NCBI GenBank assembly: GCA_024679065.1
Contig: JAGIQG010000017.1
Coordinates: forward strand, 23,870,001-23,934,000
Direction: 5' to 3'
DNA length: 64,000 nucleotides
Origin: Sphyrna mokarran
Taxonomy: Eukaryota
How positions within the stretch are numbered: position 1 is the stretch's first letter; each line of letters opens with the position of its first letter. Under the pieces are notes generated by a model. It ran no database searches. It was not told where the DNA came from and was given only the letters and a program-made list of their open reading frames with translations. Positions 51,717-64,000 of the stretch are shown piece after piece. The position numbers and the translations under genes were made by a program.

Positions 51717-54700
51717 GTTATGCTTTTTTTTGTTACAACTTGGTTGAAATTTCAGTCAAACAAGCTTCATCGGAGATGTCAAATTTTTGGCGGACTGTGA
51801 TCGTATTACTTCCGCAGCCTTGCCTCACAATACTTCAGAACTTTTTACCTAGCTTTGGTTTACTTTGAAAGCTGCAGCTCAGCAAACCAGCACAAATTAT
51901 CTTGCCACCTTCTACAGCTCTGATGCTTTGGCCGCTAACTTTGGAAGGCCCTTTACTACTGCATCAAAATTAGCATTGTCAAAGCGGTTAATGAATATTA
52001 ATACTGTATTTGTCATTGGAGCTGGCCTGATGCTGAACTCCGAGCCATCCATCAGGGACAAGATTAAGAACACAATTATTTCTGACTGACAGGGTCCAAA
52101 TCTGCTAGATTTTTTTTGCAAATCTAAAAAAAAATAAGAGACAAAAAAAAACATCTTATGGGTTCCCCCTGGGGACGAACAGTCAGATTAATACACTTTT
52201 AATGAAGTGAAGGCTATTAAGTATGAAGAAAAAGCAAACAAGATGTACAAGTCGAACTTACAAATGCGGCACGGTGGCTGATAAAAATTAAAAGAATGGC
52301 ATATCTTTTTCGACAGCTGTCTGAAATTTTTCTTCAGAGCTTTCTGGAATGAAGAAAGAATCTTTCTTCCCAATTCTGCATCATTTGAATAAGGAATGCA
52401 CTGTTATAACCCACATGGGATAATTGTGTCTATCTTGTGTCTTAACAACATCAACTCAAAGACAGGATCCTAAATAATTCCTACACAAATATTATAATCA
52501 ACACTTCCTTAAAAGCAATTGACAATCATGATTATTCTCTCAATTGCATCTGCATGCTGCTAAAAATACTCTTAAAAAATGTATGCCAAATATACTTTGT
52601 GCAGACCTTACGATACCATAATATATGTTGCAAAAAATTATCCCGCTGTTATAAAAGACCAAACTTAAAACACATTTAGAAACAGCGTCCTAACCTTTTA
52701 ATGCTGACAGTTTCTGTGGGAATTTAAGGAGAGTCATGAACGTCGGCAGCAAAAGGCAACTTAGTTCAACCATGTTTCTATAGTTGCCTTCGCAGCTAAA
52801 TATCACTAAAATTCCCTGCGTGTAAAGTCACGCTACATGTCTTGATCTCACATAAAGAACTATAAACCCCCAGCAAACATCCTTTGCTGCTACTCATATT
52901 TACTTTCTCCCCGCCTCTCTCAAGCTTTTGTTCCCTAGATTTTCATTAAATTTGCACAAGATCTATTTTATATTAGTTGCAGACACCCGCCATGGTGCTC
53001 ATAGTGGATTCATAACGGGAGACGGTGGAAAGGTTCAGATGCAGATTTAAAGAAAGACGACTATTTGGGCTAAAGTCATTTGAAAGGCAAACCCAAAAAA
53101 AAGTGTTTTGAATTTCCTCGGCCACCCCTACAAAGTATAACCCCAATGCACCAGAAACGGGAAGTGTAGCATTGGTCCTTTCCTTGCTCACAGGACTCGG
53201 TTTTCTTACTCTTCGCTTTTAAAACCTATTAAAGCTATTTTATTTAAACGGCGATTTGGGAAGGAAGGAGGAAGAGGTGGAAGATAAGGAAAAAAAGAGA
53301 AAACTGACAGATGCGACAGTTAATGCCATCTGACCAGTGAAATGAGGGGGTCTGGGTCAAGCGACTATGGCTGCCAAGCTAATCTACTGCTCTCACTGAC
53401 CACCCCACTGGCTGCTCCTAATACCATTAGCAATCCTTAGATGAACATTCTAAATTGGAGTTTTGTCCTCTGATGAGCCAATCTGACCCCGCTGAAACAA
53501 CCCTGGAGCTCCATGTGCAGATGGCAAATCTCCTGAAAACATTTCTTTCAGCTTTAAGATTTTTTTTTCCCTTGCCCGCTTTCTTTTGTCTTGCTCAATC
53601 CTTTTCGCCCCTCTCCAATTTGAGACAAAACATTGCAAAAGCACAAAAATATGCCTGTTTATCTAACCCGGTTACTGGTGCCATTTCATTTTAGAAGTGC
53701 ACCCTGAAACATTTTCGAAGAATCCATTGTTGATGCGTTTTCATTTAGCTTCGTCTTTGTGCAAATTACTTTTACTTGCTCCTGAAAAAGAAGAGGGGAG
53801 CGAGGAAAAGAGAAATTGGAGGGTGTTTATGAAAACTGTCAGGTTTGAAGCTTTCTAACCAAGTGAAGTTAGAGGCTGCTGACTCTGAAGCGGTGGGTGC
53901 AGAAAGCATTTGCCTGACAGAACATTTACCGCAGACAGCTCCCGCTACCTCTACTTACACAGCACGATCACATCAGCCCGAGTATCAAATTAACTCACTG
54001 ACTTTGAAAGTTATTGATCTGCTATTAAGACACTAGTGAACTTGATGAAATCAGTGCTGTAGGTGCAGTGAAGACTTCAAAGTCTCGCACAGACACATAA
54101 AACAAGTTTCTTTGATCCTTTTTACGATCCGCAGAGGGTTTAAAGCCCAATTCTCGATGTGCTGCTCTTCACACTCGTCAGGTCTGATTTTTTTTACCAA
54201 TAGACAGCTTGATAATGTTAATAGTGCATATTTTAGCAAACAACTAATTCTAAACCAATATCTTAATCTGTTCAGACTAACAGCATAATTTATTAAAACA
54301 TGTCAAACAAAAACCAATTTTACCTTTATTGCTGTCTGCACTGCAGGAGTCAGGAATTTTCAATGCGCAAGTATATACGGGTTTTCGCCGTATCTACACC
54401 AGTATTTTATCATTAAGGAGATGATTAATTGGCACAGACTTACGAAATCCTTATTTGAAGTAATTTAATATTTACAACAAAATGAAACAAAAGTCACAAT
54501 TAAGTTAAATTCGTAACTTATTTTGTGGATTTTTTTAGATAGACAACCACAGGATCTATAGCCATTATTCAGTTACTTTTTTTTCATAAAAAAAACACTG
54601 TAGCTGTTATAGAAACAGCCACACAAAACACTAACATAACTAGCAGTGTTGTATTGGAAAAGCAAAGACATTAAGAAGTTCAAGTAGAGAGTAAAAACGG

Positions 54701-57700
54701 ATTCAAGTAGGAAACTGCTTCATTAGATTCGGAAATGATTTTACAACAACAAAAAAAATTGAAATACAAACCTTAGTATGATAAAATGGCCCACAGATTA
54801 GAGCTCAGATCACTCACTGGGAACTACAGTTATTTCTTCTACACCAAACACACATGCCAACTTGAAAAATTAACCTTATTGGTCAGAAAGATACTTAAAT
54901 TGCTATTCAAAATTTTTGCACACATTTGTAAAAGACAAATAAATCAATTACTTTTTTCATACAAAAATCTGCTACGCTAATTTTGTTCTTAATTTTAACT
55001 ATTAAGAGAATACTAGCTGTGGATGCTAATATTTGAGTTTAGAAGGATTGCATTTATTGTAAAATGTATTCAGTCAAAGTGACAATTTATGTCAACAATA
55101 AAATCCATTCTGTTAATTATGAGAAATAAAAAGTACTGTAAACAAAATTTTAAAAAAAATCAACTGCAAGAGCCTTCACCATGATTTTACATTAAAATTG
55201 TGAAAAGGTTCATGCAAATTTGTTACAAAAAAGATTCTCTCATGTAGACAGTTCTCACCAAAACACTGTTCGCTAATGAAATCATCTACAATACAATTCA
55301 GGAACAAATTAAGTTTTTGTACTAGCTACTGGGGTCCCACTTACAATTCTAATGAAGTCAACACTCCAATAAGATGTGTTCAGAAAGTTTCCTGGGCCAC
55401 CAGCACAGAGATCCTTTTCACCAATTAGTGCAAAGAAAAAGAAGGGGAGAGAAAAAAAAAACCAGAGTGCCCGTACTCAAAGAGCTAGGCCTTACGGCAA
55501 ATCTGTCATGTCGACTGAATTGATCAACGGGACTGGTATTTCTAATGGCATCTTGTCAGGAAAAGTCAGCCATAGGGAGCCACCTGTGTTACTCTTTGCA
55601 GACAGCTAAAGAGCTAGATACCGATCTCAGGCAGCATCTTTTACTAACAATTTGGGAGAGCAGTCTGATTTCCATTGCCGTACAACTTGTCATTCTGCAA
55701 TCATCAGAAATGGTTATATGCTGAACACAGCCATTCTGTAGGCAGCCAATTTACTAGAAACTCAACGCTACAAAGCAATGAGAATGATCAATTTCTAATT
55801 TAAAAAAACAATTAATTGTGCATATCATTACGCTCATGGATTCCCTTCTCTAGTAGCAAGCATGACCTAGACTTTGCAATATAACAAGAGTGCAGATGAC
55901 GTGGAGTCCTGTTTGGCCAAGGAACGCTTTTCCAGGTTCAGCAATACAGCCTTTAAAGTCTCAGAAACCAGTTCTTAAGACAATAAGATGTTCATGAACC
56001 ATTTTGAATGCGCTGCCATAAACATTAGAGAATACGGGCAGCCAGATTTACACCAAATACATTATTAAGTTCCACAAAATGAATCACAAAAATGAGGAAC
56101 TTGCATACAAACGTCAGAAGGCGAGCACAATTTTTTTGGGGTGCCTAGTTTGTCAAGCGAGCCAAAAACACTTGGGTTGCAAATCACGTATCGCAATCTT
56201 TCTTGCTCGCATCAGTCAATGAAATTCTCAGGTTCTTTCTCTTTGCAGCCTGCGGCGGTGGCTTTGCCCAGGGACATATACCAATAGAAAAATTTTCATC
56301 GTGTTAGCATTTCAAATGGCAGAAAGTGAAAGGAAGCCCTAACTGATCATAGCCTGCGGAATTAATTGGCTATTCTCTGAATAATGTCGCTCACCGCATA
56401 TCCTTGGGAGACCAGCACTAGCCGAGGCCACGTTTTTGTGCAACGGCTTCAAAAAAAAGCGCTTAGGGGGTATTGGGGGGGGGGGTCTTAAAGCTTTAGC
56501 GCATTTCCCCAAAGACCAAGCAAATAGAACCAGCAAGCTTGCCCAACTAATCCATTTGGTAATTAAATGCACAATTCCATTAAACATTCTTCCATCGTTT
56601 CAAAATTACACGAACAATAGATTCCGATTGCTCTGAATCTATATGCTGGATACTCGATATCAATGCAATGAACGCGGCTGGAAGACCTCTATCTTAAGTG
56701 AGGAAAATTTAAAATATTCTCGGCTTTTTGCCAGTTTTAAAACAAAGAACTCAAGTAGACGCCATGTTGCTACTTGTTTCATTCTGTGGGATTAAAGTTT
56801 GGGCCTTTTTTTCATTCATCAAAGGATATGCAATGACCCTGCTTGATATGAGTATACCACTCTTTAAGACACATCTTAATCTAACCTTTTTAGGACTCTT
56901 GGCTTTCAAACTCAAAACAGCATTAAAAATAGGCATTGTTGGTCAGCCCTGGGAGACTGAGCTTCTGGCTTTCGCTGGCCAGGGCAGTAGCCCTCTGGAT
57001 ACACAGCTGCTTACGCGGCCAAGTAAGCTCTGCACAGCAAAAGGAAAGCAAAGGGGGAGAAAGTGAAAAGACGAGATTAAAAAAAAATCTTCGCAAATGT
57101 TCCATCTTTCGTTATCGACTGCAGCCTAGCGTGAGGTGCCAATTTTCAGCTCTAAAGAGAGGACACAAATTCGCAGCGGTCCCATTATGCGGTCTCTTCG
57201 CTCATTGTATATTCCGTCAACGAAGTCAATCTTATTAACTTCCGCTCTGGTTCACACATGACATTTTCTTCAATTTTCTTGCCAACATCAAAAACATCAA
57301 TTAGCAGCTAGAAAATAGGAAGGAACAAATGACAGAGCCCGATAACGTCAACTATTTGAAACAGAGGGTAAATCTATTCCGCAATACTGAATGCATTCAT
57401 TACCAATTCATTTTCAAAGGAGGCTTCCAAATAGCAAGGAAAATTAAATTTATCATCTAGAAATGTCCAGAAATTGTTTGTTTCTTAATCCTATATCTAC
57501 AATGCCTCTTCCAAATGCAAGATGAAGAAATGTTATCTAGTTTTAGGTTTGTACAGTGCAACTTGGAAAGAAATCGATGGGTTCAGCACCATCACAGGAC
57601 ACACTGAATCTCACACAAACTGGAAATAAATATAACCGTACTAACTTACTTCCAATATTTCTACATATTTCGCCCCTACTTTCCTAAATTTAAATACAAG

Positions 57701-60700
57701 AAAGATTCCTTCTTCCATCAAAATGAGACACAAATTACCAACTTATTTGCTTTTGCAGCTGACTTTGTTTCACTGGATAACTGACATGTAGCTTAAAGTG
57801 TATCGTGGCAAACGCTGTTTTACAATACTTAAGTAAAAGCTATTTCTGCTGATGTGCCTGCTTTATGAGAAGGCTTTCATGCTTGTATTACATCTCCTAG
57901 GGAGTGAATAAAAGCAAATTTAGTGACTGCTGAAGACGACTGCTCGGAATTAATGTGAACAGAAAAGAGCAGCTACACCAAATAAACAGATCACTTTCCT
58001 CTGACCATTGATTTCTTGATCTTTTGACATTATTTACGAGCTTCCTATTCTCTTTCCTGTCTTTTTTCCAATGTCACAAAGGAAAAATGTCTAAACAGCT
58101 GATGGCAGGATTATCAATTAGCTGTCAAGATTCTGCTTTCCAGCACTGAACAATACCTGCCATAACACTGAAGATCGGTAATACAGCGAGACACATACAA
58201 TACTGTGCTCTCTGCATACAGACTTGGGTAACACAGTGGCAAGTCTTGAATGAAACTTATGTCCGATCATTTCTACAATTATATTGATTTATCCAGTTGT
58301 AACTGAATACATATTGTAAATTATAATTAAGAATTTATATTTAATATCAGATAACATTGACTTGCAACTGCGCATTTTTCTTCTCAAAAGGTGGGGTGGC
58401 AGTTAGGGTGCTCGATTCCTGCCGCATAAGCTGCTGCGAACACATTCCACTGATATTGCAATCAGTTCTTTTGGTGCAGCTAGGACCTAACCTTGATGCT
58501 TCTATTTATTCTGTTTGTACAGCAGAGGTAAGGCATGGGGGGGGGGGGGGGGGGAAGAGAGATGGAAAGACATTTCTTCATTCAGTGATTAAGCTGGCAA
58601 TAACCAGACTGTAATGAGAATGGACACATTTGCTCCAGCAATCATGATCAATGCTTGCACAAAAATATAGTCCCATTTTTAAGAACTTTTGCAAGCTGCA
58701 GAATTAAGAGTTGTAAGTACAATTTATTCAGCGTGTCACTAGACACTGTAATCCATGCTGTACAATTAAAGTTCTTTTAAAAATAAATCACTCCATAAAC
58801 AAAACTAGCACATGATAATAGTCCTATAATCTGTGTTAACAGGTCTTGCAATGTTAGCTATCCGTTGGAGATAAAATTTCAGTTGTCAATGTATCTAAAA
58901 TTACAAGGCAAGAATAGAGATGATACATAAAATCTTCAGACAAGTTAGGGTTCACAAAAAAAAAATGTTAATAACATAAATTACCTACATCTTCTTTAAA
59001 TGATATGCTTAAGTAAAATAAAACACAACTAAATTCATTTCAGTTTATTTAACAACTGTGTGTCTCTTTCAGTTTGTGTGAGAATCTGTATCAGAATTCC
59101 CAATCCTTGCAGCTTTTTTTTTGAAAAAGGAGCAGAACATAGGTCTGGATAATGGCTTGGTAGTGTTTGGAAGTTCCGCACATTTAAAACCAACAACATT
59201 GCTGTGTGGTTTAGTCAATGTTTTATAAATATCTTAAATATTTTGTGGCACCTAAAAAAAATGGCATGTTCCGGAAATAGCAGTTAAAGTAATTTAAGCA
59301 TTTCCTTAGAACATCCTGGACAACAATCAGTCAGAATATATTTGGGGACAGGTGGCAGCGTTAGAGAAAGAATCTTCAAAGATTTTCCAGTACTTTAATA
59401 TCTGGCTACATTTGCTAGAAAATTCCCTATCTGCAGTATCTTGCAGCTCACCCACGACCACATAGAATTCTAAAATCTTACTAATGATGAGAGCCAAGCT
59501 ATGTGATGCTAAACTCTAAAACTCGTGTTTTAATTTTGACATGCTTTTTTGTCAAGTGTCACATTTAATTTTTTTAAAAAACTATTCTGGATTTAATTTT
59601 GGCACCACAAAAGTCCAAAACCCAACATTCCACGAAGGGTTATTGCTATTTTTCCTCCAACAATTTATATCCTTATTTGGAATAATAGGCCCAAATATTT
59701 TTTACTGTTGTGTAAATAGCAAAATGTTCATTGACCCAAAGCTGCAAACAGCAACCACAAGCTGCTGATTACCGGCATTTGCGGTTGTGGTTCTGCACCA
59801 TGCTCTGTCCTTGAAACTGATGCCGCACACGAATCCATTAGGCGAGAGAGTTGGTGCTCTTGATCTATTATTTACAAAGAAAACCCTCCCCTTGCTTAAG
59901 TGGCCCCTATACTTCAGCCTTCATTACAAGATCATTTTTATTCTGGTAAAAAAAACCTCATACTCAGTTTAATCAGGCTGACACCTATACTCTGTCCGAT
60001 CTTGCTCCTTGGAACTTAAAAAAAAAAGCACTCCTATTGCGACACTGTCATTTGGAGCACTGTTATATTTTAAACATCCAAAATTAAGTATAATTGATTA
60101 GCCGAGATCCCACGCCAATTGGCCTTTTTGATTCAAAATTTAACAGTTTGCTGCCTACTATACATTATCCTAGATTTTTCCTTTGGTATTGCAATTTATA
60201 TAGCTGCCTCTTAGATAATGCAACCATTCTATTTACAGTTATCACTTGTGCACTGAGAGTTTTTTTTAAAAAAGGAAACTGAAGGGATCTAATTAATGTT
60301 TCATCAATTTTGGACACCACTTACAAGAACCATTTAGTGGAATTGTTTTTTTATACTGCTGTAGAACTTATTTCTGCAATATTCTATGCTTCATTAAGTA
60401 TTTATATATCAAACTTGCAGGACAATTTAAATTAACAACTACCAGTTGTTCTTAATCATATTTGTTTCTCACTAAATCACAAGTTATTGTACATTACATA
60501 AATTTTAAGATCTGGCAAGCTATAAAACATAGATTAAACTCTCCTCCACTAATCTCCCCTCTACCCTTCCAACCAGTTTTTAAAATACAATGGTGATGGA
60601 ATTTTTATTATGCTTTATAAAGTGGTGCTATCGTATTTGTTATGCTGGGGAAAAACAGCAAGACAAAAAAAATTGTTTGTTGCCTGATTTATTTATATCA

Positions 60701-61519
60701 CAATAATGCTATCGGTTACAAACTTCCAAAAGCACTGTATTACACTTGAGGAATTCAGACTACTTGCCTTAATCATTTTGACATTTAACTAGCAATTATT
60801 AATTCAATTTGTCTTTATTACAGCCACCAGAGACTGATGGATAACCATCACTAGATGTGGTACAGCACTGCATGACAGAAAATTACAGAACAATGCAATA
60901 TTATAGATAGAGCTGTTAAGCAGCTGCTAATATTGTACAGCTGAGACTCCCTTTCAGGTGCACACCATTACCCTGGCCACGGTTGATCTAAGCACTAGCA
61001 AGAAAAAACTACAACGCTAAACTATTCAGGTCAATATATGTATTAGAATACAAAAAAAAGATTTACATGCTAGATGAAACATACTTAAGAGTCACTAGCC
61101 ACCCCTTAAAATAAACTATTCGATTTTCACAAGAACTTCTGATGCAAGTGCAAAGAAAGCCAACTTTGCTATTAGCCAAAGGACATTGAATTGGGTAGCC
61201 CACTAAAAATATTGCCGACCCAAATCTATTATTAATATGCATGAATAGTGCACACATTCTCCTCTTTAAATCTTTTTTGATAGGCAGCCACAATTCCATG
61301 TGATTTGTTTAAATGGATACTGTTAAGGCATCTGTCATTCTGACTATGTGGAGGAACACTCACTGTCACAAACAGAATTGACACAAAGAAAAAAGTTGAA
61401 AGCAGCCAGGCTTCCGAAACTTGTAACAGTGCAGCATTACTCATATTTTGATAGCCTGGAACCTCTATGAATTTCTGTCTCCATTAATACATTCATAAAG
61501 TACCACATAACTTGAGAGC

Positions 61520-61900
61520 ATTACAACATAAGGTGTTATTTTTCCCATCATGGCTGCACCCTCAAATCATTCACCTTTTTCCACCAAATATCTATCTAAT
61601 TCTTTTTCAAAGGTTTTTACGGATTCTACTTCCATCATTACTGGCAGGCAGTTCCATAACTTCATAGCCAACTGCAATTTTTTAAAAAATCTTTCAAATT
61701 ATCTTGCTCTTTTTCATGACATTAGATGCTTCTGGTTAGAATTTAACAACATGTGGATTTAGTTTTCCCATATTATCAAACATCACATGATTTTAAATAT
61801 CTCAGATCTCTTAATTTGCTCTATTCTTAGGTGAAAGAGCTCCAATTTTTCTAATTTCCTTATAACTAAAGCTTTTCACTCCAATTTTACCTTCTGTGCT
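61520..61900 (-). mobile_element. Old CR1-type LINE 3' remnant
   Basis: tatctatctaattc...ggcaggcagttcca...catgattttaaatatctc...: diverged antisense CR1 3' region. Confidence 0.5.
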
Positions 61901-62877
61901 TCTGCAACCTGTAAACATATGATTTTGAGGCAGGAATAGTCTACTTGGCCCCTCAAGCCATAACTGACATTCTTCCCATTGCATACACAAAATTGGAGTG
62001 GAATACACTTGCTTTCCATTTTAGGCACCTACTATTGAGGTAAAGCACTCAGATACAAGTGTCCTATTCTACTTCCATCCCTCACCACCCTATCAACTGT
62101 ATTTAGAAGAAGGAACCAAAACAATACTAACAATCTGACGACCATAAATCCAGGCATCACAGCATTCCAGTACTGTGCTGCACTGGCCATTCTTTATGTG
62201 TGAGCCAAGGCTGTGAAGACTGGAAAGTAATCTGACCATCCGGCACATTATAATAAGCCCAGCCCTGCCCTGCCCTGACCAGACATTCTTTAACACATGC
62301 TTCGCATATCAGCTACTCTATGTCAATTAGAAGGAGAATGTGGATGAATTTTGTCCTTCATATTCTAGTAGTGCTGAAATCATTTACAGAACTATTGCGT
62401 CTAACTTAGCATAACCAAAAATTACACACAGAAGCTTCCAATTCAATACTGTTTACTCAGTGAAATGATGCAATTATGCACTGACCTATTCAGTAGCACC
62501 TAGACTGTACTGTTATGGTTAATGATGGAATTTTTAAAATTGTTTTACCAAATTTTACTGAAGCTATTGTTCAGTACAGAGGAAATATAAAGTTTTAACA
62601 TAAATATAAAAATAATATTTAGTGCAGCATGATAAAAAATGCAGCTCATTTTTTCTCAGCGTTAACAAGCCCCATATGGTTCCTTGTAACATGGTTTTTA
62701 GATAAGGAGATCGAGTGTGATGGATTAAAACCTTATCTTAGTGACCAAAGTAATGAAGAAATGTCATCTTCACAGGACTTTTTTTAAAAAAAGTCAATCA
62801 TACTTTATTTGACATCGGAGATACTTCTAACTAAATATGCTCATCCCCAAATAAAGAAATAAATATATTTTTAATTG

Positions 62878-63005
62878 AGCTTTGACTAAGGGTCACCTGA
62901 ACTTGAAAAGTCAGCTTTTTTCTCTCCTTATAGATGCTGCCACACCTGCTGAGATTCTCAAGCATTTTCTCTTTTGGTTTCAGATTCCAGCAGTAATTTG
63001 CTTTT
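62878..63005 (+). mobile_element. Penelope-like-element-derived short repeat
   Basis: ttgactaagggtc...ttgaaaagtc...ctctccttatagatgctgccacacctgctgagatt...gcattttctc...cagattccagca; weaker copy near 63530-63600. Family from recalled consensus. Confidence 0.55.
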
Positions 63006-64000
63006 AATGTATTCTTAGTACCTGCTAGACGCCAAACTTACCAGCTTACATAATACACTGTAAACAGTAAGATAGCACAGTACAATGATCATGGAGAAAT
63101 GCAAAACTAGAATTTAGGCTAATGTTCCTTTTTTTTAAAAAAAAAGTCAGTCTAAGTCAGTCTATTTGAAAAGAGAGAAACTTTGGCCGGAATTTTACCA
63201 CAAGCCCCCCTCCCCCTCCCCCACCCCCCGCCAATTCCAGGACGTGCAAAATGCAAATCTTCGCTGGCTTTGGGCAGGATCTTACAAACTCGTCCAAACG
63301 AGGTTGTAAAATCCCGCCCAACAAATCACAGGATTAAATCAACGTATGTAGAAATAATAGTGGTAAGAAAATTATCTAGAAAAAAATGCTTCAATTTAAG
63401 TAACAGAGATCAAAGATTTAACACTAATCCTGAAACCATTAATATAAAAAGGGAGAGACAACACTGAATATGCAACAGCTCATTCAACAGTTGAAAGTAA
63501 AAGCTGAGTTAATATTGCGAATAAAAGATTGAAACCAAAACATGAAGCTATCCTTCTCTTTCAGATGCTGATTGACCTACTGTGCAATTTTTAGTCTCTC
63601 TTTATTAGCTGGAAAGATAACCAGTGAGTGCATGGTAACAAACAAGATAATTAAAGATAGGGCTCTCTGAAGTGTGTTTTTACCCCAGTTTGAAAGAAAA
63701 AATGTTTAGTTATTAGAAATATTTCTTTCCCCTCTTTCAAAAAGTCTTGATTCATGGTTTTAAACTGAAGATTTAGTTCTCTACCAAATGGTATTTATAC
63801 CTTACCTGCACAGTTCCCCTTGCCTTGCATAACGAAAATGTTTATGATTTACGAAGAGTAAAAGTGTTTAAATCCAGGAAACGATCAGCTCAGAAAAAAA
63901 ACCCCCATAAAACCTTCACACTTTCTAAGTCTTTTACCATTTGCTGCTTAATGCAATCATAGCAGACACATTGTCGCGATCACTATCCACTCGGAGTTAA

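Larger units (their letters stand above)
48600..57500. promoter_or_regulatory. CpG-enriched, repeat-free block in intron 5: candidate internal promoter/enhancer region
   Basis: Visibly more CpG than flanking intron; GC box (about 50439-50445), TATA-like and TCF motifs, G/C runs, several consensus donors on the gene strand. Confidence 0.55.

Noticed and set aside
50510-51850. Further donor-like sites (AAG|gtaaat about 50518, CAG|gtaggg about 50975, AAG|gtaatt about 51085, TAG|gtaaaa about 51849)
   Set aside because: Plausible extra first-exon donors, but weaker and without a supporting in-phase ATG; cannot be supported from sequence alone.

Overview
Vertebrate genomic DNA, most likely from a shark or other elasmobranch (inferred from HE1/V-SINE-type and CR1/L2-type repeats). 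The window holds the 3' part of TCF7L2 (TCF4, the Wnt HMG-box effector) on the minus strand. I traced exons 6-12 and 14-17 (mammalian 17-exon numbering) by splice sites and reading phase. These include the LVPQ alternative donor, the SxxSS-type alternative acceptor, both C-clamp cassette exons, the 25-nt exon 16 and the dual-frame last exon with 3' UTR. Intron 6 (about 20.6 kb) is packed with decayed LINEs/SINEs, a histone H4 pseudogene sitting inside a CR1 reverse transcriptase, and a 3.3 kb degenerate tandem repeat. The part of intron 5 shown is repeat-poor and contains a CpG-enriched block with candidate alternative first exons for dominant-negative TCF7L2. Best leads: a candidate unannotated alternative C-terminal exon with an extra CxxC (6585-6681), three in-phase internal first-exon candidates (48664-51716), and an intronic TCF HMG plus Helper site pair (17256-17270). 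Comparisons with human are from memory, not from alignments run here.
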